A stretch of DNA of 64,000 nucleotides from Lingula anatina (Eukaryota; Animalia; Brachiopoda), in assembly GCA_051362555.1 (NCBI GenBank), contig CM120640.1, positions 62,350,788 to 62,414,787 on the forward strand. The letters are read 5' to 3'. Under the pieces are notes generated by a model. The model ran no database searches and had not been told where the DNA came from. It was given only the letters and a program-made list of their open reading frames with translations. This document shows positions 1 through 13,570 of the stretch, one piece after another. Every line of letters begins with the position of its first letter. Positions within the stretch are counted from its first letter, which is position 1. The translations under genes were made by a program, and so were the position numbers.

Positions 1-561
1 TAGAATTCTTTAAAATGCATTTCCTTAGTTCCAGATTTAATTGTGATGTATTTTTTATTATTGTGTGACTCTTGATTTTGTTTAGTTTGCTTTTTCTCCC
101 CTTTTAGATTTACTTTAGAAAGTATTATTTATCTCACTATTTCTTTATTATTCACCAAGTAGTAGCCATTTGATTATTTTTTTGATAACTTAATTAATAA
201 TTGTTTGTTTGTATGTGGTGTATTTTGTCAGTCAGTGACAAGTATGATACAGCTTTTATTAGGGGGTCTCTGCAGAATTTGAATGATTTGGCTGATTGTC
301 ACTTCCTGTACACTATTATTGAATAACAAAGAAAAATTTGTTTTCAAAAGTCTTGTCATATTATATCTGTATGTTTAGCAACTTTCAATTGAAATTAATA
401 TGGGTGTACAAGTTGATCTTTTAGATTCCAAAATACCTTGTTAGGCCCTAAAATGAGGGATGTGTATTTTACTTATTGCATAAAAGACGAGCTGTATGTT
501 GCTGAACTGCAGTGACTTAAATTGACCCTTCTTTCAATTTTATTTTCTTTAACATAAATAG

Positions 562-612
562 CACTGAGAAGCAGAGTCATGTAACAATTCGAAAGCTAGT
601 AGAAGAACACGA
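562..612 (+). CDS. ARHGEF18: RhoGEF candidate exon (TEKQSHVTIRKLVEEH), phase 2-2
   Basis: atag|...ga|gtgagt, 51 nt, open and in phase with the next exon. Confidence 0.55.
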
Positions 613-2577
613 GTGAGTGATGCCCTTCACCTTTCCTTTTATCTGTTATACTCAATGCAGCTTGAAAGCCTGATGCTCAAGGGATGTGCCTTTATATTTT
701 CTGTTTTAACATTATCCATTGATGACTGATAAAATTTGCTAATGTATTGCCAGCCATGTTGAAGAAAGTTTTATCATAATGTCTCAGCATTTTGTTGCAA
801 GGAGATAATTAGGAATGTAGTTATTGCTTTATAACTTTCAACAGATGTATTGAAATGGATTTCCCAATTTTTTTTTTTTTTTTCTTTTTTTTTACAAAAT
901 CTTAGTATAAGTGAGGTAGCACATTTTGGTGATTAGCAAAAATTATCAATTTTTAGAAAAAAAAATTGAGAAATGTCACTGAAAACTGTTACCGTCAGTG
1001 TCTCCATAAAGCACCATTATGACTATATATGTATGTTCTGTATAAAGGCAACATTCCCATTAGCATCTCTTTTGCTGTATTGTATTTGTCACTTTTCACT
1101 TCACTTCTTGCTTTTGCTTGTTAGATTCTTCGTTTTTACTTTTGTCATCTAGTTTTTCTTTTGACTTGCTTTCTGACCATGCTAGCTTTTAAATGTATAA
1201 CAACAGTTAATAAATATATAAATATATATTGGTATGTCTTATAACAGATATATTGACATTACTTTTATGAAATGTGATATCCATGCTTTTAGAAGGCCTG
1301 TCAGAAATTATTATTAAATCTTATTGCAGCTGGACTCCTGTCTGTCATCCATTGATTTCCACTTCCTGTCATTATAGAAATGTAGATGAAGCTATTTTAT
1401 TGTTATACAAAATCTGTATTATTATGGATTCCTGCTTATCAGTCTATAGTTCATTACAGTTTATTGAATTGTCATTTGTGAACAATCTGGTAGAATTATA
1501 ACATGCCAAAAGAAATAATTCTGAAACAAATTCCTTGCAACCATTCAAAACAGGTGGAATTTTTTTTTTTTTTTTTTTTTGTAATTGGGTTTGGAATTTT
1601 GCATTTTTTGATATGCTTTGTTTAGCAGAAATTACATAGCCTTTTTTAAATGTATTGATATGTGGTCAAAGGGAAAAAAAGCATTCTGCATTTAATTGAC
1701 TTGCTAGTAATTAATGTCATATAAATTTAACGATGGGGCATCCAAGGTGCCATTGCTCTACTCTGTCGCCACGTTTTTCAGCTTGTTTTAAAAATGCTTT
1801 GCAAAGTCACAAGTGTATTTAATAAACTCAGGTGCTGTGGACATACAGTCAGAAATTTATGCCCTTCCCAACCAATGAAAACATGATTCACACCAATCAA
1901 ATACCTGGATTCCAAGAATGTTAATCCAGAACTTTCCCAGAGGCCTTTGAGCGACTATGTAATAATAGCAGACCTTGAGCTACAAACATATTCCTTGACT
2001 TACTTTGATGACTTTTCCTTGCCTCCTATGTTCGTAAATAGCCTGGGTGCATATGAAGTTATTTGACATGAAGGCACGATTGCCAATCCTTGTGTTAGGA
2101 GGGATACATGAACTTAATAAAAAAAGTTCAGAGAGAAAGAGTATCCTTGTTTCCTTGACTTGGCGCATGCTATTAACACCATGCACCTAACATCACTCTT
2201 CTTTTTGATCAGAAAAGTGGGTTCAGTTGTTGGGAATTTCTAAACAAACATGTTGATAAATAGGATTAAAATTTTTACTTATAATGAATAATACATTGAC
2301 TAACAAAATATTTCAAAATGGATGGTTAAGGTGAGCTACTTTTTGTTTGTTTGAGTGAACAGCAAAAACAAGCAGGCCAATTTTTCGTATTATGTGGAAG
2401 AGGCTGGATGACCGTGACATCTAGAAAAGATATCGCTGGAGTTACTCTGTAATCTGTCTTCAACTGATTGTGAAATCATCTAAGATGAACTTCTGATAAG
2501 GGCATAGGGGTGGGTCTGGCACACTTTAACAGTATTACAATATTGCCTCATGCAAAGAGCTCTGTTTTATCTTCCAG

Positions 2578-2664
2578 TGCACTTAGAAAATCTCAAGAAA
2601 ATGGGATGACAGACGAGGAAAGTAAACGTAAAGCCCGGGTTTCCATGATTGAATTCTTAAATGA
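2578..2664 (+). CDS. ARHGEF18: RhoGEF exon (ALRKSQENGMTDEESKRKARVSMIEFLN), phase 2-2
   Basis: ttccag|...ga|gtaagt, 87 nt, open. Confidence 0.75.
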
Positions 2665-3172
2665 GTAAGTAATTGAGGAACTAGATTGAAAAAACCTACC
2701 CTTTCTTTCTTGAAGATTTGATTCCTGCATGAAATATGTTGGTTTTTGGACAAAACCTTAATGTGGCGCTATCCCAGGAATTAACAGACGTTTGTATATT
2801 AACTTGTTGTTCAAATTTTGGGGCATTCTCCAAAGTATTTGTAAAATTGCATGAAGTTACTTATTCCTGCTTATTCTTAATGAATTCAAACCCTGTTTTG
2901 CTAGTACCCACCTTATTAACTTCAGTGATTTAGAAATTGAAAAGGGGTAAAATCTCAAGTTTTGCACAATTTAAAAAAAAATTAAATTGTTGTGTAAATA
3001 ATTTTTTTCACCCATTTCATTTTATAATGCAGTGTGATATCCCAGCATGATTATCTGTTTGTTCTGAACTACTAAAATACTTATTTTAACATCTTGTATG
3101 CAGTGTTTTTTATTTGAAATATGTGTAACAAAAGATAACAGTTTTTGCAACCTCTGAAATCTCTCAACGTAG

Positions 3173-3284
<112 letters not shown>

Positions 3285-4166
3285 GGGATTCATGCAGTGT
3301 TTTGATCATAGGAAATCTATAGACAAACACTGGCTAGCTTCTGTCTTTAGAAGTAATTATACTCCATTATAGATTAAGGGACAAAATCGCAGTGGTCATA
3401 GATTTCCCTTTTCCTTTGAAGATAATTTGCGGAGAGGAGTCTTACTAAACCCAAACATCAAGAAGGACAACTCTTCAAAAAAATACTAACCATTTGTTTA
3501 TGGTGTTACTTCTGTGTCACAAAGAAAAGTGATGCCAAGTTTTCACACATATTTCACATAGCTTGTGCCTAAACATTTACAGGCATTCTGTTGTGAAGTG
3601 TTGTAGTGACTAGGTAGCAGTTTTAACCCAACATAAATCAATATTAACACCATCTTGTCCATTTTCCCTCTCCCTTCTTAAGATCTTAGGTTTTTAGTAT
3701 GAGGCTTTTAAGCTATTGTGGGTATCTTTGGAAGGTCTACGGAAAACATATGGTGTAAGTTCTGGCAATGTTTCTCTGTGTTGGCATCTTCTTACATGTG
3801 TATTCAAGGATGTTTCACTTCTTGGGCTCTACTGTACATTTCTCAAACCTATTAGGTATTTTTTTGTATTTCCTAGGCTGTGGGTGTTTTAGCTTATCGC
3901 CATCCTTATAAAATCCTCATTGGTCAGTTCAATTCACTAAGAAAGTTGGACAGACCAATTGGGGAAATGTTTGTCAGTTGTATTAGCAGCACTGGCATTC
4001 AGGTTCATGTATGACTAGACATATTTATATATTTGTTTGTGCTTTTTTTTGTCTTAGTGTTTTTAATGATAAGCCTACAAACAAATAATGGCTGATGGAT
4101 CCCAGTCCCATAAATGTTTCCACCATTTTGCAATGTTTTGCTTTCATTTTCCAACCTCCCTCACAG

Positions 4167-4229
4167 GAAGAAAAGTGTCAAGCAGTGGGGGCGACGGTCA
4201 GTGATAGAGACAATGCGCGAGTTCTGGCT
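4167..4229 (+). CDS. ARHGEF18: RhoGEF candidate cassette exon (KKSVKQWGRRSVIETMREFW), phase 2-2
   Basis: Pyrimidine tract plus cacag|, ct|gtaagt donor, 63 nt, symmetric, open, retains CpG. Confidence 0.6.
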
Positions 4230-5348
4230 GTAAGTAATGCTGGGTAAAACGGTGCTTTCTTTATCCCAAACAATATGTTGTGACTATCTTTTATACCTTC
4301 TGTATGTTTGTACAGTTGGAAGGGAGACATTATTCACATTGTTATCCTTTTTCAAAGTAGAGGGGTAGATGTAGATGCAGATGTGTGGTGATTGCTTTGA
4401 AGATCTAAGGCCTTTGTACCAAATTACTGCCATGTTTTTATGTACCCACCAAATTCATTATAATTTGAAGAAAAAATATCCATGTTTTTTGTTTGTCTGT
4501 GTTTTGAATAGTGTTTGTTGTTGTTTAATTTCTAATATCAGAAGTTGTGTAACGTAGCTGAAGTTTTAGAAAGAATTTTGTAGCTTATCTAGTCCACCAT
4601 GTTGTGATTTTGTGAATTTCATAGCTGAATCTTAAAACTCCCAATCCTAATTTTAGGTAGTAGTAGTGATGGTGGTGCAAAAGTACTGTAGGAAACTTTG
4701 GTTTAATTCTTTTTCCCGTGTCACATTTTCCTTTATAAAACCTTACCCTCACAAGTAGACAGTGTATTAATTTTCAGTAGAACATTTTGGTTACCAATCT
4801 TATCAAGGTGTTTTTGTCCCTGAATGAAATGAATGAAGAGCTTTTATTGTAGTGATAAGGAAAAGCTTCCTGTTTTGTTTTTCAGGCTTCTACTTCTGTG
4901 TTCAAATATTGATTTATATCTGATATTTGTCCCATTTAAAAGGAAATTCAACAAGGTGTCATTATTTGTGCAATTATTTTGACCTATCATTCTAATGAAG
5001 GGAAACTTATTAGTCTCATGGAAACAACTTCTCATCAAAATGTTCTTGGTGGAATTGCATGTCATCTTATGGAGCATATTGCTGCCAGTGATCATTATTT
5101 TATAAGGCCACAATTGTGTGTCAGACCAACTTTACTGCCTATTGTTATGGTGGCCAGATTGTTGCTTTTGGGGTTAATTAACATTTCAGATTCTATACAG
5201 GTGGAAATGCAAAACTCTGGTCTTTATTTTTATGGACATAGCTCTCCTAGTTTTTATTGATATCCGTCTCATGCTGGATTTTTCTCTGCACAGTTCACAC
5301 ATTGCCAGAACATAGAAAATGGCTCTCATTCCCAGTATTTCTTTTCAG

Positions 5349-5469
5349 TCCTGCAAATTTCGAAGAAGATGAAGATAACATGGAACAAGAACAGAAAAAA
5401 GAACCAAAAGAAGAAAAGAAAAGAAAGTTGAGTTTTATGCAGAAGTTCGGGAGCCATAGGCAAAAACGA
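5349..5469 (+). CDS. ARHGEF18: RhoGEF exon (PANFEEDEDNMEQ...FMQKFGSHRQKR)
   Basis: tttcag|...cga|gtaagc, phase 2-0. Confidence 0.85.
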
Positions 5470-5890
5470 GTAAGCATAACTTTTAGCATGCTTTCTGTCA
5501 CATCCCCATCAGATTAAAAGGTTGCAAATATATCCAGTTTCTCTAAACATGCTATGATGAGAAAGCATGCATTTTTGTCTGTAAGAGCTAACATCGCTCA
5601 TGTTTTGAAGACAGAAACTCACAACCTTGTACCTTTTTCATTATCTCTAATTGGTGACCTTGCACCTCAGTGTTACTGTCTTATCAGCATGTAAAAGGTG
5701 GTAGAAATACATGGTTGAAACTCAGTGTAGTATTTATGCACACTTACAAATAAGCTGCTCATTAGAATTAAGGATCTTTTCAACGTGATCTTTGTAATAA
5801 AATGATAAATTTAATTACTGATGTTGATGTGTTAACCAAAAAATTATCATGGCTGTCATTTTTTAAAATTGTGTATTTTAATACTTACAG

Positions 5891-6005
5891 AAGGATAAAG
5901 AAGGAAAGAAAACTCACCAGTTTGTCAGTGTCTCCTTTAGTAATTCTACTTCCTGTGATATCTGTGGTAAAACACTTGCTAACAAACCTGCAGTCAGCTG
6001 TGAAA
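5891..6005 (+). CDS. ARHGEF18: RhoGEF exon, C1 zinc-finger N-half (KTHQFVSVSFSNSTSCDICGKTLANKPAVSCE)
   Basis: ttacag|...a|gtaagt, H-x12-CxxC pattern. Confidence 0.92.
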
Positions 6006-6311
6006 GTAAGTTCTCTTCATTCCATAAACAAATCAATAATATAGATTTGAAAATGTGTGATTAAAAATTTACTTAGAGATTTAAATAAGATTTAAGTAAA
6101 TTGTTCATTACGTAGGTGCAGCCATCTGTTTTATTTATTTTTATGATGAATATGTGAGAAGTTTGATGGTACAGAGATTATTATATTGTTTCCATACAAG
6201 GTTTTTGAAAGCAATGGATTTACATTGTAGAGATCAAACTGTTTAATTGGTCTGTTCCTTTTGTTTATGGTTTGAAATTGAATTTAAATACATTATTGTT
6301 GAAAATTTCAG

Positions 6312-6385
6312 ACTGTAGCATTAACGTCCATGACAGCTCGTGCAAAGATTCTGTCCCTCCCTGTCTAAAGCTCAAAAAAGACAAG
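6312..6385 (+). CDS. ARHGEF18: RhoGEF exon, C1 C-half (CSINVHDSSCKDSVPPCLKLKKDK)
   Basis: tttcag|...aag|gtaaga, completes the C1 ligands. Confidence 0.92.
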
Positions 6386-9300
6386 GTAAGATAAACGAGA
6401 TCATGTGTATAGGTCTTTTTCCTGAAGGTTGTTTTAAAAACATAGCAAATGAAATTTGGTTTTGATAAACAAAAAAGTCTGACTTGTTTTAAAGAAATAT
6501 TTGGCATGTTTTGTTCTTCAGGATAGGCACATTTCAGAGACTAGCTTACTTCAGTGGGAAAATCTGTGGTAGTTAAAAGAAATGAGAAATCATTAAGCTT
6601 AAATAATGAAATTATGTTTTGGAAAGAATGTATTTCATCATCAGGAGATAGTGTTGTTCAGCAAATCACACATTTTTTAATGTGAGGTGAGAATAAGTTG
6701 TAGAACACCACCTCACGCAATGAATGGACTCAACTACCACATTCTGGCTGGTCATAAAGAGGAATACATCATGAGGTACACATCAAGACAGTTTGCAATT
6801 ATTGATAATATATGGTTTAAAATATTGTTTGTTAGACCTTGGTCAGAGTGCTATCTTCTTTCATTGCACAACACCTTTGTCCAGCAGTTGCCATTCCAAC
6901 TATACCATATAGTCAGTAATATCCCATTAAGGCAAAATAAAGAATTAACACAAGTAAAATAATGAAGGCATTCAGCATTGTTCTAAGTCAGTTGTTTGAG
7001 ATCCTGATCAATGTAAGCCAGAGCCATCCCTATGTTAATATTCTCACATGGATGGTTACAGATATCTTCAAGTTTTTCTAAAAACTGTTTCAGTAAAAAC
7101 TGTCCTGAATGGCCTCCTTTTTTTTACCTGGTGTTAAAATTAAGCACCATTTAATCTGGCCTCATCTCGTGTCTAGAAAATGATGCACAGAGGCTTGATA
7201 TCTGTGTGCTGAGCTGCTGTAACACATGGTCAGGTCTATAGGAGGCAAGGCTGGAGGGCAAGACTTCTGATTGCTACAAGTTCAGCACACTTGGGCTCCA
7301 CTGGTTAACATTTTCTTTCTGATGAAATTTTACTATTCTACCAAATTGACAAGTTAAGTGCAAAATTGCCTTCTTCCGCCTTATCAGAGTATCTCTCTGT
7401 AAGACAAAAAAAGATGATAAAAACAGGGAGAGTAGCACACCTTAATGTTGGAAGGTGCAACACATTAACTTTTAGGCCAGTTTATATCAAGTAGAAGTTA
7501 ATCTTAATTTATCTTCAACCAGCCCATGTTTTTGTGAGATCTGTTTATATGTACATTCATTCAGAATAAGCCAGTTTGAAGTAAAACTGCATTAAGTATA
7601 CCCATTATAAATATGTAGCAATTCATATATATATATATATAATATATAATTATACCATGGCTAGCACTTCAAAAATGAAGATAATTGCACTTGTATTTTG
7701 CATACAGGCTTGTCTGTATTTTCATTTGCTTCAGTGCTTTTATCCTGTTGTTCAAAGCACCAGGTATAAGTTAGTTTCAACTACTCGTCGTCCCCTGTAT
7801 GCGACATACAAGAGCAAATTACGTCTCAGCTGCACTCTATGTTGCATAAAGTTGACAACTAGTGTTGCAAAGAGTACTTAGTGCCTCCCTGATTATTTGT
7901 GCTCTTTATGTGAATGCTGGCCTTATTTATTTTTTATTACATATTATAATCTTGGCATTTATATACTCAAACAGAAATAAAGAATTCAGTAATATCTGTA
8001 GAAAACGTAAGTAAAAAAAAAAATTAACTTTGAAAAATGTTTTTTATTTTGTGGTTTAAAATAAACTTGGCATGGATGGGTTAATATAGAAGGCTCACCA
8101 GATAGACTTTCAGCCTAGGTAGAGATGTGTTGGTAATTATCTTCTGCTCCTGATACTATGAGCAAAAACATCCGCCTGTGAAGTGCTACTGTAACTATCA
8201 GTTCTCATGAATAAACTCTTCAGCAATGCTGATGACTGTGAGTTACCTGAACAGGTTTGAAGAGGTGCTATAATTGCATAAAGTCTACTTTTATATTCTC
8301 ATCCTGAAAGTAATATATGCCACTTTGAATTTCAAGCTTAGTCAGAAAAGTCACTTAGATGGTCTTCTTTGGATATATTTAGTAAGACTGGTGTTTTTCC
8401 ATGTTGAAAAAAGAAATGCAGCATCAATTTCAATGTGCGAGAGCGTTTAGATTCTAACAAAGTGGCTTTGATACCGTTTTGCACCATTGGGTGATCCTAT
8501 AATTTTAATATAGAAAATAAGCTTGTGTTTAAATAGATTAAAGCAGCTTGGAACAAATATCAGATAACATTTGCATTGATGCCAGAATAGAGAACTTGGT
8601 GTTTTATAAACTACAGAAAGTCTGGCAATGCTGAAGTTGTGTGTTATGATTTTTTCCTGCCCAGCAATTTATAAACAAACTTTTCACATATGGTTGCAGT
8701 TGGTAAACTTGGAGCTGGAAATAGCTGTAAATTTTCTTAATTTTATGGCATGAGCCTCGCATTAGTAGCTTTTTGCATCAACCAAAAATGGTTTTCTCTG
8801 AATGATGACATATAAGCACTGGAAAAAGTAGAACATAATTGATACTATTCTGATTAAAAATGGTTACAGTATATGTGCATGAAAAGTTCAGTTTACTGGT
8901 CCTAAAAAATTTGCCCCCCCCACTTCCCCTCTTCTAGTCCACACCTGAGGGTGAAAGATAGCACTGCCTCATTAGCTGCACAGGTAGTAAAGTCAAGGTC
9001 ATAGCTGTAGAACTTGGAAATTTTCCTTTGAATAAATTCTTCTGAGAGCACCGCCAAGCTGAAGTACACCTCGTGTTTCTGGTCCATTAAAAGAGGGATG
9101 ATTAAGGAGGGGCTATAGTTCTACCAAGGTGAAAGAAATCAGGCCCTGGGTCTGCTATGGATTCATTGTGCTGCTGGTGTGTTTCTATTTGGTTAAAAGT
9201 CTCAGCAGATACCATTTAAGAGAGGACATGGTATCTGGGGAGAAGGGGCACTAGATGCCAGCAGCGATACTGCTGTTTTACCTAAGTGTTACATCTCTTT

Positions 9301-10608
9301 GTGGCACTGTGAAGGTTTGGAATGGATTACCTGGAAGATGCACACAGTCTGTACTAAGTGGCAGCAGAGGGGATATGTTGAACTGTCAAATGTGAACCAT
9401 GTGGTTGAGTATGTATCATTTAGGTTGATATCTTACTGCTGAACCAGTGTGATCCGCCAGGCCATGTAAGATTCCAGGAAAATCAGAGAATCTGGAGAAT
9501 TCATATTTTGTGGAATATCTTCTATATCTTGATTTAGTGGTTTATACCACTGCACAACTGTGACTTCTTCAGTGTTGTTGGATTGAAACATTTGTTTGGC
9601 AGTGGTACATGTCAAATAGTACAGGAATCTCCACTATCTAGTCAACTTTAACTACTCTCTATACTGCTAGTCCAAAGATGGATCCCATTTACTCATTTCT
9701 TTCCTTTGTTGCATCTATCCTTTGTAATACCAGTGCATATTGATCATCAGTGTTGAATGGAGACTTAAATATCTAAAGTTTGATGGAGTTATACAATATT
9801 AACAGTTGTTATAGTTTCGGAGCCCCTTCCATCCCTCTGTTTCGATGCTAGCTGTGTCAGAGAACCATGGCTAGACTTACTCTGCAGTTCAAAGTGACAT
9901 ACCCTGAGGAAGAAAAGGTGACTTAAGAGTAGAAAATCACTTTGTTTGTATTTTAAACTTGTTTTCTTGTCAGTATTTGATTCTCTTTATTGTCAGTTAT
10001 TTGCAAGTTCAAGTACTTTATTTCCAGTAAATTGATTTGCTGAAAACACTTCTTTTAGTAAACTAAATGTTAAGATTTTTCTTTGAAATCTTTAATGCAG
10101 GCAGACATGAAAATATGGCGTATATAGATTATAAGATGAATGAAAACAAGATATGGGATTATCATTAGAAACATTAGATATGGAAAACATCTTGTGATTT
10201 AGTCTAGGTAGATAAGAGAACAGTTGAACAATGAAATGTCCTTGGTCAGTTGAAATGGTTAACACTGTCAAGCCCACTTGTCACGTGAATGATAATGGAA
10301 AGAAAATGGATGAAGTGTTGTAATTAATTTGAACCAAAAATGGTTACTTGGAACAGCGAAGTATAGTTTTCAAAAATGTTCCCTTACCTATCTTTAGGAT
10401 GGGCAGATAAAGCCAAGAGTAAATTTTATATGAGATGTGAATTTAATATAATCTGGTATACCCAGTTGCTACATATTGTGAAAAAAATGGTTTGTGATAA
10501 AAAAATCAAATTTCAGGAAAAGCCCCAACAATTATTGATGAAAAACAGTGTATCATTTGTAGTTTTTGCTTTATTTATTTTTGATGCACTTTTGTGAATT
10601 TCTTACAG

Positions 10609-10651
10609 AGGCCATATCGTCGGGAAATACAGGAAAGATGCCCCCCTCCAG
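10609..10651 (+). CDS. ARHGEF18: RhoGEF small exon (RPYRREIQERCPPP), phase 0-1
   Basis: ttacag|...g|gtaggt, in phase with neighbours. Confidence 0.7.
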
Positions 10652-12089
10652 GTAGGTGTTTTCATTCATCACATCTCCCTTTTCAACCTTTAGATCACCT
10701 CTCCTGTATGCACCCAGCGTGACTGCTAAACAACCTCACTGCTAACCAACCGTGCAAACTTATAGTCAGTGCATGTTTTCATGGTAACTTTTGGACATTG
10801 GGGGGTTTGGGGAGGGGGGAGGTGCAGTTGTATGCACCAAATGAGTCTAATCCATATTTTGGATTTGCCAGTAAGCTGAAAAAGCTAGGTTTCCTTTCAT
10901 CCCATACCATAACTTCAGGAAACCCCCAATGATGGTTTCTTTTAAGAGAATCCCTGGTATTTACCTTCTTTTTCAGTTAAGGTACAAATTCTGAAAGGAA
11001 TTCTCTGTACAACAGAAATTGATGAAGGGGTCATGTGTTCCCCCTTACTATTTGGGCCCTTACCATATTATGCCTGATCACTTTACTGTTATTACTGTAA
11101 TGTTGGTCACATTCCTAAAAACAATGAAGTATTTATTGATATGCAATTGGCTAGGAGTGTTGAGGTCAGAGGGGAGGGGGGGGGGGATATTACTGGAACA
11201 AATTGTGTGGGATGATTAATGTTAATTTTCAAAACATTCCATATTTAAAAGGATTTTTCTACTCAGTTTTGTCTTGAGTGCACTAAGTATCATGGCAGAC
11301 AGCACAGATCACTGGATAATGTAAATCAACTGATAGCTTGGGTAAACTTCTATGTTGTTGGCAGACTCAACTTTCAATACACACAGTAAATGTTACCAAA
11401 TTTATAAACATGGGGTTGATGTTCAGTACCTAAAGGTGGGGACTAAACTTTACCTTGGTATTTGATACTTAATTTGTGCCAGATGGTGCCATTATTGTTT
11501 CAAATGGGGATTTTTGTCCATAAAGTTCAGTTAGATATTTAAAAAAAAACTGCTTTGTGAAATCAAGGAAGGAGCCATCTTGCCCCCCTTTCTCACTTCT
11601 AAAAAAGAAAGATTGACAAATATTCTGGGTGCATATTTTTCTACGTTTTTTGGGTGCAAAAGGATTGAAAAGGCAGTGTACTATTGCCAAGTGGAAAGTA
11701 TTAATTTCTGCCAAAAAACAGGAAGAAGCCTTATTGATAGATAAATCAAACAGGAAAACTTGTAAGGAATTTTTGCAGAAAACTGTAGTGATGGATCATA
11801 CTGCATAGCCTTTTATACATGTATCTCTAATCAAGCAAAACATTTAAATGCCAAATATTTGGTTGAAATCAGTGTGTGTGTGTGTTTAATTATTTAATAT
11901 TCCTGCCAGAAATTTTGACAGATTTGAGCTGTACTTCTTAGAAGTTAATAAAGGAACAGTTATTAGATGAATATTGTAAAATTTTGTTATTGATGAAGAA
12001 AGTCAGTTCTGCTAGTTAGTAATAGTCTTTATAATTGCTTGCATACTTTGTTTCATTTTTCACTTATGAACAAACCTGTATTTAAGTAG

Positions 12090-12172
12090 GAGGGCAGCAA
12101 GGTGGACCAATATTGAAATCATCACAGTCTTTTGTGGAGGCAGGGTCAGTGCCCGCTGGTCGGGTTAAACAG
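12090..12172 (+). CDS. ARHGEF18: RhoGEF exon (GGQQGGPILKSSQSFVEAGSVPAGRVKQ), phase 1-0
   Basis: AAG-TAG tandem acceptor, cag|gtaagt donor. Confidence 0.7.
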
Positions 12173-12685
12173 GTAAGTGTGCGTCTTTAAGTTAACTTAA
12201 AATAACATCAGGGAATCCAGATGTTGTAGTATCTGCTACCAGCCAAACCTGCCTAACTTAATTTGGGCAAAATGGTAAAAATTACCTTGGCATATAAATT
12301 TGATAAAAATTGATGAATTCTAAAATGATAAAATTCTATTGTAATGATTTTATATTTTTTCAGGAGACCTGACTTATAGTTAGGGTTTACTGTAAATGAG
12401 ACTTGCTAACATTAATGATGAAGTTGTGTAATCATAGTAGTGGAATCATGCCTATTATACCTATATACCTCAGTTTTGTGATGCATTTTAACCTTGTAAT
12501 GTATCATTTTTTTTACCAAAAAATTTTAAAAGATAACTATATGATAAGTTAATCCATTCGTTTTTTTTTTTTTTTTTGTTTTGTTTTCTTGGGTAAAATA
12601 ATATGTATTTCTGATGTGATTTGTATGCTGGTCGCCCTGAAAGTATTAATCAGTTACCTAACTTTAGAATGTTTTTTTATTGCAG

Positions 12686-12738
12686 ACATCTGTTTCCTTT
12701 AGTTCACTGCCAAACAGGAATTCATCTCCAAATGATCA
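12686..12738 (+). CDS. ARHGEF18: RhoGEF exon (TSVSFSSLPNRNSSPND), phase 0-2
   Basis: ttgcag|...ca|gtaagt. Confidence 0.6.
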
Positions 12739-13524
12739 GTAAGTATCAACTCCTCAAAACACAAGCCTGTCTTGCTTCCTCGCAACAACTACCTCATACA
12801 TGGTTGAAGTCTCGTCTTTTCTATTTTGTCCAAGTATTTGGCACTAGCTTCAGAATTTTCACACCCATCTTGGGTGCTTCACTGGCATGGCATGCGATGG
12901 TCTGTGCTGAAACTGAGGCTTTATTGCTGAATTCTCTTCTGTGATATAAAAATGTGTTGGTTTGATGGCTGCTTAAAGAAGCTTCTCACAGCAAATATAT
13001 ATTGGCAGAAAGTTTAAAGAATGCTTCATGTGTACATCTGCCAGTAAATTGGAAGAAGAACAAAGCAGCTTAATGATGCTTATTCCACCAAGGTGTGCAA
13101 CAAATGTATTGCCTGTCTAATGGAGAGAGGAACTCTGAATATGGACCTGAAATATACTTTTCAAATGAACATACATGCTGTAGCTCTTGAGTAGATAAAT
13201 GTGTAACCTTTAGAAAGCGGGTGAAGTGTCAGGATATTAGTTTGCTTTATTGTGGGTCAACGAACTTGTTAGGAATGAATAAAAGGATTGAAAGTATGTT
13301 ACCAGCTTTCACTTTTACTTTACCAAGCAGGAGTAAAATGTGACAGGCTATTGATTTTGTATCCTATACTAATCACAAGTCACTGCATAATTAATTCTTT
13401 TTATTTCATTTAAAATTTTTGTCATATATTATTTGATTAGTTAATTTATTTCATTAAACACCACTTTGAAACCTAATGGCATGCATTTTCACTAATTGAT
13501 TGAATGCTGGCCGATGGTCCTCAG

Positions 13525-13570
13525 GGGCATATTCTCAATGGCGGCGGGTTGCAGCTAAACTTGGGATAGA
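13525..13570 (+). CDS. ARHGEF18: RhoGEF candidate alternative exon (AYSQWRRVAAKLGI), phase 1-2
   Basis: CACTAAT branch-like site, cctcag|, ga|gtaagt. Protein-like but not in phase with the preceding exon. Confidence 0.45.

Noticed and set aside
8900-9700. Possible minus-strand LINE endonuclease relic
   Set aside because: Only vague motif resemblance, cannot be supported by eye
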